NCBI GenBank assembly: GCA_028534125.1
Contig: CM052816.1
Location: 94,366,001-94,430,000, forward strand
Length of the DNA: 64,000 bases
Direction of reading: 5' to 3'
Source: Lama glama
Taxonomy: Eukaryota
The translations under genes and the position numbers were made by a program. The notes under the pieces were generated by a model that had not been told where the DNA came from, did no database searches, and saw nothing but the letters and a program-made list of their open reading frames with translations. This document shows, in pieces, positions 12,086 to 22,640 of the stretch. Position 1 is the first letter of the stretch. Each line of letters opens with the position of its first letter.

Positions 12086-13545
12086 AATGATACTGTCTTA
12101 TAAAAATATTTGTTTAATTGTAACTCACAGTTTTAACTATAACTTCAGAGCTATTTCCTCATTTTCATAACCATCCGTTTATAGATAATATTCTTTTGTG
12201 TACCTGGTAGGATAAGTATGACACTGATATACATTTTTAATTGCTTTTTCATCTAAGAAACACAGAAATTAATTGATAGGAAACTTTATTGTGGGAAAGA
12301 CAAATATAAGAGAAAATTTTTGTAGTTGAATATTTATGGTTTTTCTAACCAAAATTCATGTACCTACAGTGTTTACATAATTGAGATTTTTTAATAACTA
12401 TCATGTTGGTTTATCTTTGGGTAGTGTTTTTTTTTTAATCTTTTGGACATTTGTATATAAAAAATTAAATTTCGAGTGCTTGTTACTATGCTTTTAATAA
12501 CCGCTGCAGGTTAATAAGGTTTTGACATTAGCTAGAACTTAAAACCCTTCTTTTCCCTTTTAAAAATAATGTCCTTGATTGAATATTCATCTGTCAATCA
12601 TCGTTTGGAGATAGTGAAAGTTTGTCAATAATATAGAGACATAAAAAGGCAGATTATAATCAAGTTTACTCTTAGATCTCTCCCTCCAGAAAGACCAATA
12701 AAAACACCAAAATATTGCCACATAAAAGATACAAAATTTCTACCTAAGTAATAGAAATTTTATTTTTCTTTCTGGACATAAAAACCACAGTTTCTTTTTA
12801 TGTTATGTTCATTTTCTTTAAATTTGTTTATGTATTTGAACTCCTATAATTGACTAATTTTGTAACAAGTATTAACACATTTGGTATTTTTCAGGAATAA
12901 TTTGTATGTCAGAGAGTGGTAACTACTGGTCATGGGAGATACTGTAAATATTTAGGAAAAGAAGAAAGAAAAAAGTAGAAAGTGGGACGCCTAATGCTAG
13001 AAAGAGACTTTCTCATACATAGAAGGAATTAACTGCGAAAGAAGTTAGTTTTAAAAATAAGTTAGAAAAGTGGTACAAATGAATTTTAAAATGTTAAGTA
13101 TTATCATTTTTAGATCGGCAGCGTGTCAGAGCTGTACCAAACCTATTTATTTACTCATATCTGAGATTTAAAATATACTGTGATCACATACAATAACAAA
13201 CACATAGATAAATTTCTTTTCAAACAGCTTTGCTAAAATTTGCCCTTGGAGATTTGAACCAAGCTTATTAGTCTCTTAGAACATGATAGACTTTATAACA
13301 TTAAAAAATGTTGGCATAATGGTGACTTTAAAAAAAATGACATCCTATTTTCAAGATCTCAAGAGTAACTAGACTCTTAGTGACAAAAGCTGAGGATTTA
13401 TTTAAAATTCCAAAAAAAAAAGAAAAAAAACTTCCCTGAAACTGATGAGTGTTTTTTGTAATCAGATCTGTAATGTAAATATTACGTTCAAACATTGAGA
13501 ATCCTGAGGTCTCATCAAAAGGATAAATGACAAGATGCCAAATAT

Positions 13546-13725
13546 TTGGGTTAAAATCCTCGGCCGCTGTTGACTTCTGGCCTCTGAGACTGGACTTGCA
13601 GTTTATTGTTTCTGAGTCTCCTTGTTCTCCACTTATGAAATGAAATTATTAGTAATTACTGTATGCACTTGCTGTGAGGGTAGGGGTTTCTATCTGTAAT
13701 CTTGGTACAATGGATAAAGTACTGT
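13546..13725 (+). mobile_element. MIR SINE (diverged)
   Basis: tgggttaaaatcctcggcc…tctgagtctccttgttctccacttatgaaatgaaattattagta…ttgctgtgagg. Confidence 0.6.
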
Positions 13726-13841
13726 AAGAGAAATAGTAACACCATGCAGAAAGCTACAGAGTGAAAGATGACTCATGTTTCTCTGTGGTTGGAACCTCTT
13801 TTTGTCTGATGGATTTATTCCACAGTTTAAAGTATAATTTT

Positions 13842-14457
13842 ATGGGCACAGACACTGAATAGGTAATTTTTCCCAAAGAAGACATATAAATAGCCAACAA
13901 GTACATGAAAAGGTGCAAGACACCCCCAGTCACCTGGGAAATGTAAACCAAAACCCCAAGGTAGCACTCCCCACTGTCAGAATGGCCTTCATCAAAGAGA
14001 CAAGAGATGATAAGTACAGGTGAGGATGTGGGGAAAAGGGAATTCTTGTGCACTGCTGGTGGGAGTAGAATGTGGTGCAGCCACTATGGAAAGCAGTATG
14101 GACAGTCCTCAGAAAGTTAAAAATAGAACTACCTTATGGTCCGGCAATCCCAGTTCTGGGTATTTATCAGGAAATGAAAATGAGATTGAAGAGATATCTG
14201 CTCTCCCTTGTTCACTGAAGCATTATTCACAGTAGCCAAGATGAGAAGACAACCTAAGTGCCCATCAACAGATGAATGGATAAAGAAGATGTGGTCCATA
14301 CATAAAATGGAATATTACTCAGCCATGAAAAAGAAGAGAATCTTACCATTGCAACAACATAGATGAGAGTATTACTCTAAGTGACAAAAACAAACGCTGT
14401 GTGATATCACTTACATGTGGAATCTAAAAAAAAGAAACCCAAATCATAGAAACAGAG
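13842..14457 (+). mobile_element. L1 fragment (ORF2 C-terminal region and start of 3'UTR, L1MA-like)
   Basis: caaagaagacatataaatagccaacaag…ggtgcagccactatggaaagcagtatgg…aaaatagaactacc…caacctaagtgcccatcaacagatgaatggataaagaagatgtgg…tcacttacatgtggaatctaaaa. Confidence 0.93.
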
Positions 14458-16254
14458 CCTGGAAAACAGAAGAATTGACAAAAGTAGGGTTAGGGATTGA
14501 TAATCACTTTTTCATTCATCTGTTTAAAATATTCTTTGATCGCATAGCAGAATATTTAAACGACCAAGGTGTAATATTTAATGAATATATAAATAAAAAA
14601 AAGAAAAGTTCTTAGCTGTTTAACCTCCACGAGTAAATGAAAACCTCTTGCACATGTATAATTTAAATTTAACTCTAAGCAAAGTTTTACTTTTCTCTTG
14701 AGATTGTGTATTGTCTAATTATGTCACTTACAAATGAGAAATTTCTTGTCTGTGGCTATAAAAATGACAACATACCTTGGCAACTTCCCAAAGTTATCAT
14801 GGCTCTCTTCAGTTTTTGTTTTATTTTTGTTCTTTTAAGGGCCAGGAAAGAGATTTATTTTTGAAATTTCCAAGTTCGTGCTAACAATTAAAATTGTATA
14901 AGGATAGTTGAAACTCTGTGTTCTCTACTTAAATTTAGAACACTGATGACAGTTTCCATGCTGTGATGGGTTAAAATACTGGCTAAGGAAAACAGATATC
15001 TATTTACAGGGTGAAATTCTGTCCTTGACTGCTCATTGATGGTAATTCTGGAAAACAAAGTGTGTGGTTGAGCTCCAGTATCTTGAGAAGTTGTGAAGAA
15101 GTGGCAGATGCGTATTTGGAATCAATATGGAGGCAAATTGCCATTATTTGAGTGGACACTTTCATGTGCTATGAAGTGAGACCTTGTTGCAGGCCAGCAT
15201 GTGGCTGGTGTTTGGGGACTTTCTCTTTAGTAGACTGTGACAGTTGGGACTTGACAACTTGTAAGTTGTTGTGGACCGGCTTTGGAGCATGATTTTTTTT
15301 TTTTGTATCAGATTTTATCGTGTCAATCTGTGATTAAATAGAGAAATACAAAATGGAAATTTGTTTTAAATGTTATTAGGGAGACTCTTTTGGAAGACAG
15401 GTTGTTTTTGTTTACAAGCTTAGACACTGCTGTTTAGACTCTTGCACAGATACAGTGTAGGAGGTGGATGGATGGTTAAGTCTTTAGAAACTGCTGCGGG
15501 GAACTCCAGTGCCTGGGACATTGGCAGTGACCTTATGTTCTGGGAAGCCAGTGTGTGTGACGAGCACTGAATTACGAGCTGTGCTAGGCATATTTCTCTG
15601 AAATTTCAGCCGAAATGATTGTATTATTTTATAGATATATTATATTACATAGCTACATAATAATACAATTATTATTTAATGAATATATATTATATTATGT
15701 ACATTCTCTTTATTGTGGAATGCATTAGAACTTCCCCTCCTATTGGGGGAGTCAAATGTAAGACACCGTGTCTGTTTCAGTTTCTGTTGAGCTTACCGTG
15801 ATGGATCTGTAAATTGCAGAGTCTGAGACTATTTCTCTGGTATAAAGAGGAATGTCTGTGTAGCCCAGTAAACCCATGACAGCTGTTAGCACGTATTTTT
15901 GGTGTGTCTAGGAGAGCTAGGGTGGTTACTGATTCCAGAAGTGGGTCACTATCTGTTTTTTTGGTAAAGATGAGCCCTAAAGTTTTATATTGTTTTTATT
16001 ATAATCATTAATTTCATCCAGGTGTATTTCCACTTAAATGTAGACACAGGTGTGATTAGTAGAAATATACATGGTTTGGTGACTTTAATATTGTATATTG
16101 CCAAAACTCATTAATTTTAATATTTCTGTTTTATAAACCCGTGAAGATTTATAGGACATTTGTGTACCAGTTGCTGTTGTAACCGTAAGATTCCTTGGCA
16201 ATTTTAAATAGAGCTGATGATGCATTATAAATTGCTGCATACTAAATGGTTTTC

Positions 16255-16385
16255 ATTATAACTTATTCAATAAGCATTTAATGATGCCAGCTCTTCACTT
16301 GGCACTGTTCTAGGCACTGAGGTTATAAATATGAATAAAACACTTTCTGTGCTCAAAGAATTCATGGTCTAATTAGGAGAAATAT
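16255..16385 (-). mobile_element. L2 3' end fragment
   Basis: ttattcaataagcatttaatga…ggcactgttctaggcactgagg…atgaataaaac…tgctcaaagaattcatggtctaattaggaga. Confidence 0.7.
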
Positions 16386-19059
16386 ACTGTGAAATATATG
16401 GTGTTTCCAGAAATCTAGAATGTTGAGCAAGTATGTCCTTGATTTAATGACACTTTCAGTTGCAAGTGACACAAAACCCATCCCCAGTGACATAAAGGAA
16501 AAGGGTGCCAGCAGTCGTGTAAAGAAGCATCCCAATTTTAAAAACATTCAAAGCTTTTAAAAATCCCAGAAGAGGTAAGATCCTGACGGCTCATTGTGAT
16601 AAATGCACTGCTTGAGGAAGTGATTCAGGTGGTGGAGTGTTTCCGAATGGCTGCAGAGGAAGAAAGGCAGATGGGGGGCTAGGAAAGAGGAAAAGAGGTT
16701 GAGATGATGAGAGCACACAGGAAGAGAAATCTGTGTGTGCGGTTTGGTGGGATCAGACGTCTTTGGAACTGTACGAAGCTTGGTGCATCGCAGTGTGAGG
16801 TGTGAGGGCAGAAGCCACAGGGCTTGAGCATGGATGTGTGTGCGCTGGCCAGAGTAGAGACAGTCTCAGACATCATGCAGGGGAGGTGCCACTCCTGCCT
16901 CCAGGTCACTGGTCTCCAAGCTCTTTTGTCTCCATCAATTTAGTGGGTAACCACTCAGAATTTTTTTTTAATGAAATTGAGTAAAATAGAAGAGAAAAAA
17001 AGTGCATCATCTGTTTTAAGGCTTTATAGTTCCTGAAATCATGTTTCCGTTAAGATGTGTGAGTCATGATAGAAAATACATTTCCTATCTCAAAAGACTT
17101 TTGGAAACCTCTGTTCCAGGTATTGGGACCCACTCAAATAAATTTAAAAAGAAGGGCATGTCATAATCAGACTGCTGGTGAGAAAATTGACTCCCCCAAT
17201 AAACAGAGCAGAGAGTTCATTGCAGGAAGGCACGATTTATTGCTGGCAAGAGAGGCAGTTTGGACAGTTTCTGTGACTGTCCAGGCAAGAGATGAGGGGT
17301 CACGCTGAATTTAGTGCATTTGTGGGGTTTTCAGGGAGACATTTGTAATAGATAGTGGGATATTTTGATGTTAGGTGTGGAATCCCAGCAAGAGGTAAAC
17401 GTCTGAGTCATTATTTGCACACTCAGTCTCAGGTGTGCCTGGCTCTGCCAAGGAGAGATGTGGATGGTGTTACGTGAGACAAAAACAGCAGAGGGGGAAT
17501 GCTTAGAAACTCACATGTAAAACAGAGGCTTTCAATCTTGGTGTCCTGGCCCCCTGGGGTTCCACGAACAGTTGTAGAGAATGTCTCAAGTCATTTGTTA
17601 TTAATGGAATAAATGCTGCAAACCATTTATTTGATTAAATCACCAAGTTTAAGATCAAGATTGTTAACAAATTCCAGATCATCGCCAAATTTCTTACCAT
17701 TTTCTTCCAGCATAGCAGCTACCCCCAGTTTCCCGCCCTCTCTGAGTTTCCAGGCTCAGCCCAGATGCTGCCTGACTCCCAGCGCAGTTCCCCCTTCCTC
17801 CTTCACTTTATAGATTTATTCTGACCCTTTCCTCTGCTTTCACTAGTCAAACCCCCACCTCCCTTCAGCTTTTCTTCTCACTGGGTCGGTTCTATGGGGA
17901 CCCTGCTTCCCGCTGAGGGATCTGTCAGATCTCACCTTCACACTCTTACCTGCCGGGAGACACCCCTCCAGGTGGCTGAGGCCCCTGTCCCTGGCTGCAA
18001 TGCTGTGTGGGCTCTGGCATCTCAGGTCACAAGCTCGGCTGGGGCAGGGCTGAGGAGGGACAGCCTCTCACCCTCGTCTGCTGACTTGTGGTTCACAGGT
18101 GCCACCTTCTCCACACTTTTTTAAGACATATGTTCATTAAGACTAGATGAAGATGCTTGAGATGATGCTTGAGAAGTCAGGACAGTGAGTTACCAAGAGA
18201 AAACAGCCAGGAGCAGACCCCCATCTGTCCTCAGTGACCTCACTCTACTGGAACTCGTCTGCGCATGTGCCTCTCCCACGTGTGAGCGGAACTCTTCCCC
18301 CTTGCTCCGTCGTCTCCAGAGAAGCTTTTTTACCTTCTGACGTAATTTGTCGTTAAGAATAATAGTTCGGGTGGGCCTTACATCTGTGGTGATAATTTAG
18401 CTTGGTCCCAACCTCCTCAGCAATTATTAGCAACAGATTTCCTGCCCCCCCCCGTGTAAGTTTCCACCTCCTACCGTTCCTGCTTCTCTGAGCGCAGGTG
18501 GAACAGCCCCCTCGTGCTTGGCAGGTGGACTCAGTGCTCAGATCCCGGCTGCTCTGCCCCTGCCATCATGTCTTCCCCCCCTGGCAACAAGTGCCCTGTG
18601 TCCCGGACTTCCTGGGCGTCTGACACACTACCCCCAGCTTAGCAGGTGGAACTGGACTTTCCTCCACCTCCTGGCTTTGCCGGCTGGTGCCCCAGTAGTC
18701 GCATGGTCTGAGTATGGCTTTCCGTGCTTCTTCCCGTCCTTGCGTCATGCTCTCCCTAAGTTTTGCCAGATTCTGTTTCCAAGTTGCGAGTTAAAAGTAT
18801 CAAGTCTCAGAGGCCCCTGAGCCTGCTCAATCACTGATTATACCTTAGAAGCCAGCGACCCAGAGTGTACATTCTCGGGCAGTGGACTGAGGCAAAAGCC
18901 TTGCACTAGTCCTAGGATTTTGGAAAAGCAGCTTTCTTGAGTCAGAATAAAAAGATGTCATTGCAGATGTCATTTAGAGAAATTCTCCTAATGTAAAGCC
19001 CATTTTACTTATGTTACATGCTCTGGTAAGCAACCACTATTGACTTTATGTGCATAGTT

Positions 19060-19170
19060 CATGCATTAACTCAACAAATATTTATTAACTGGCTGTTGTG
19101 TATTAGATACTGAGCTAAATGTTGGAAATTGAACATAGACTAAGACAGATTGAGTTTCTGCCCTAATTGT
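19060..19170 (-). mobile_element. L2 3' end fragment
   Basis: cattaactcaacaaatatttattaa…tgtgtattagatactgagctaaatgttgg…aagacagattgagtttctgccct. Confidence 0.65.
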
Positions 19171-20069
19171 ATTGAGTTTTGACAAACATTAATGATGATA
19201 TTATCTATATCATTAGGACAAGCTGTGGTTTTTCATTTCTCTTTAAAGGGAAGAAGCAAGGATGGGTATATTTTTATGTGTGCAAAGTGCATCTGAGAGA
19301 CAATGATGCTATGCCTGTTTCTCTTGGTAGTGACACGTCAGTTACAAATAAAGAACTGCAATTTTGATGACGAGATTGATTACACAGATGAGATGTTCAG
19401 TATTGTTATTCAGGTCACTAGTTTATATTGATACACATATTCTCTGCATGATAATATTTATAAGATGTTTATGGCTGTTGTTCAATTTTGCAGAACCATA
19501 ATCTTTTAAACGTTGCCTGTGGAGTGGAAGGTTATAAAAATGCAGTATGTTAAGTTATATTTCATTTGAAAACATTAAGTTGCATATGCATTATATATAT
19601 GTATATATGATAATATTTGGAGTATTCTTGTAGCAAATTTCATTATTTACTTGGGGCCTAAGGTGATGGTGAATTATGAAAGTGATGCCTAATGATGGGG
19701 GTAAAGCTGAAAGCGTAAAACAGAGGCTTTCAGTCCTGGTGTCCTGGCTCCCTTGCTTGATCATTTGGTGTGAACTTTAAGAAGTCAAGAAAGTTAGCAT
19801 CAGAGAGTCTGGAATTGAAGTCATCGGCTCAAGGGAAGAAGAGTTAAGTTCTAGAAGTTTCTAGCAACTGCAAAGTAAAAAATGAAAAGAGACCACGACC
19901 AGAAGGGGGGACAAAGACTTGACATGTGGTATTTAGAAGTCACCGGTCGTTGCGTTCCCTAATTCACACCAGGGTGTGGCTTCTGGCTAGAGCTGCTGTC
20001 CCCTGCCCGCATGTCAGTAGCGAGGAAGAGTCACAGGTCAATGTATTTCGGGTTATACATTGTCAGACC

Positions 20070-20255
20070 AGGTCACCTTCCCCTGCCCCAAATCTGCCCC
20101 ACCTCCAGTGTCAACATCTTGGCTGATGGCTGCTCTGACCAAATCCTGGAATCATCTGGACTCCTCTGTCTTATGTACCATCTATGCAATCTGTCAGAAA
20201 TCCTGGCAGTTCTCACTTCAAAATATAATTATAACTTGACCTCTTCTCCCATCCT
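20070..20255 (+). mobile_element. L2 internal fragment
   Basis: ccccaaatctgccccacctccagtg…ccaaatcctggaatcatctggactcctct…aatctgtcagaaatcctggcagttctcacttcaaaatata. Confidence 0.65.
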
Positions 20256-20319
20256 GTTACCCAGGATTAAACTTGAAGATGAAAGATTACATGAAATCAT
20301 TGACTACTGGGTGTAGAAC

Positions 20320-20512
20320 AAGACCATTCATAGAACATTCTGCAGTCATTGAAATCTTCTGTATTTCCCGTGTCCAGTACAGTAGCCACTTGGCCACATG
20401 TGGCTGTTGAGCACTTGAAATGTGAATGGTGCAACTACTGAACTGGCTTTTTTAATCCTATTAAAATCTAAATAGCCACATGTTGCCAGGAGCTCCAACA
20501 CTGATACGTGCG
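20320..20512. mobile_element. MER3-like hAT-Charlie MITE
   Basis: atagaacattctgcagtcattgaaat…tgtccagtacagtagccacttggccacatgtggctgttgagcacttgaaatgtg…taaatagccacatg. Confidence 0.85.
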
Positions 20513-21289
20513 AGTCTAGCTAACGAAATACTTGGGGAGACTCACGGTGTGCAAGGGCTTTGGAGAGTCTGGAATTCGAAGCAGGTGGGACTTGCTGTCT
20601 TGGGAGGAAGAAGCAGTGGATCTCCGTGACAGCAGAGCATGAGGGCCTTTGGAGTCACGGAACGGGAGGAGAGACGAAAGGATGAGAAGTTGTGGACCAC
20701 AGATTGAGGGTAGGCAGCTCAGGAGGAGCAGAGACCATTCATGGCCAAACGAACTTCCTGCTGAATCGGAGAGAAGGAGTTCAAATAATGGTGGCACCAG
20801 AATTCCGGGCGGGTCACCGAACTGGATGATCGTATCACACAGGAGCTCATCAGTTATTTTTTGAAGATAGCCTTATTTTGATGTCAGAGTCATCAGTTGC
20901 TGGGCAGAAGTGGTTAAGGAAGGAACACGTTCAAATTACAAAATAAAGTAAGAATTTATTTTCCTTCTGCGTGACCGAGGTGAATAAAATAGAACGTTGA
21001 ATGTGGTCCTTGAATTGAGAGCAAGAGAACTCAGCCTTCCTAAATGCCAAGTTGATTTTCACGTGTTACCAAGTATACCATAGAATCATAGGGACTCACG
21101 TTTGGGAAATAAAAGTTTAGAATATTCATTGGGACCTCATCAAATCTTACTACCTATGGATAGAAGAGTTCACGTTGAAAAAGAGTCTCTGTGTGTGGGT
21201 GTCGTCTGAGCCAGGTTTTCCTGAGTTCCTTATTACACTGTCTGTGAAAATCGTGCTGCTGCGGATGCTCTTCAGTTAGTGCTTTGTTC

Positions 21290-21540
21290 TCCGGGCTTAT
21301 TTCTGAGCGGCGGGGCACGTCTCTGTCGGCGCTGGTTTAGCCAGGTGTGCCAACTTGAAGCAGCACTTGCCTCGCCCTGACACCCGTGGCCCATCTGCGA
21401 TGACCGCGTTGGCCGAGAGCGCCACTAAACAGCACCGTCCCGCTGCGTTCGGTCCCCGAGCCTCCCGTGCACCCCGTGGGGATTAAAGGGAAGGAGGGGG
21501 AGAGCAGTCTGAGCTAGTTTGTCTCCGTCTGTTCGGGCTG
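21290..21540. promoter_or_regulatory. Small intronic CpG-rich patch (candidate regulatory element)
   Basis: About 20 CpGs in about 250 bp (by eye) against a CpG-depleted background; not recognisable as a repeat. Confidence 0.4.
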
Positions 21541-21892
21541 CCAGGACAAGACATCACAGACTGGGTGGCTTAAACAACGGACATTTGTTTCTTCACAGTT
21601 CTGGAGCCCAGAAGTCCACGGTCAAGGTGCTGGCAGTGGTTTTTGGTGAGAACCCTCTTCTTGGTGGCCAGCCTTTTCTCTGTGTCCTCACAGGGTAGAG
21701 GGAAGAAGCTCTGGTGTGTCTTCCTCTTCTTGGAAAGACACCAGTCCTGCCAGATTGGGACTCCACTCCTGTGACCTCGTGTAACATTAATTACCTCCCC
21801 AAAGGCCCCATCTTCAAATGCAGTCACGTTGGGAGTTTGGGCCCGTGGATTTGGGGGCTGGGGGGCGGTGAGGGAGCGGGGTACAGTCCCCC
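21520..21892 (-). mobile_element. MaLR solo LTR (MLT1A-like)
   Basis: tgtctccgtctgttcgggctgcc…cacagactgggtggcttaaacaac…cacagttctggag…aagtccacggtcaaggtgctggcag…taattacctccccaaaggccccatcttcaaatgcagtcac. Confidence 0.9.
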
Positions 21893-22529
21893 ATCTCTCT
21901 GCTCCTGGGTGTGAGTGCGTAGGCGGCGTGACATGGGCCCAGGAAAGGCTGACTGGGTTGCTCTGTGTTTTCTGGACCTAGAACCTGTTAGTAGCCGGTT
22001 CTGCTAAGGAATGAGCCACCTAAAATTTGACCCTAATCTTCCCTCGTGTTGTCTCTTTTCCTCATGTTGAAGTTGCGTCTGCGAACCATGCTGTTCGGGT
22101 GTTTGTAGCTTATTTAAGTATGTAAGGAAAGACTTCTTACACAGTAATTGTGTGCAGGGTCTGAAGAGGTGCTGTACATAGGGTGAACACACATTTTCTA
22201 CGGCAAAATATCCCTGGTACTTGTAAAATAAAAACGAAGTCAAAGAGATGAGGTTTTCTACGTCAAGTTGGTGACAGCAGGAGAGGGTAAGAAGGACCAG
22301 TATTCTTATCCTTGTGGGAGGGGACATTCCTGTTACACTGCTAATGGGCAGATAGGTTGGACCAGCCTGGCAGCAAGTTTGGCGTTGGCTCTCAACAGTC
22401 AGAAACATGGGTTGGTTTCTCATTCTATCAAATAACACTTCTATGAATTTATCTGTTAAAAATGTCAAAAATGGGGTAAAATTACAAACAAAAGATAGGT
22501 GAATTCTGATGCCTACAATTATTGAATAC

Positions 22530-22640
22530 TAACTTTATACTATGTTTAAAATATTATATTAATATGTTATATTATATTATGTTTAATAATATAGATATAA
22601 TAATGTTTAATAAAATTTTATTATTTAACATAATACTATT
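22530..22640. repeat. AT-rich low-complexity tract
   Basis: Nearly pure A/T stretch with tattatatt/aataat motifs. Confidence 0.7.

Noticed and set aside
21428..21447. aacagcaccgtcccgc as a possible REST site in the CpG patch
   Set aside because: Only CAGCACC matches; the GGACAG half is absent.
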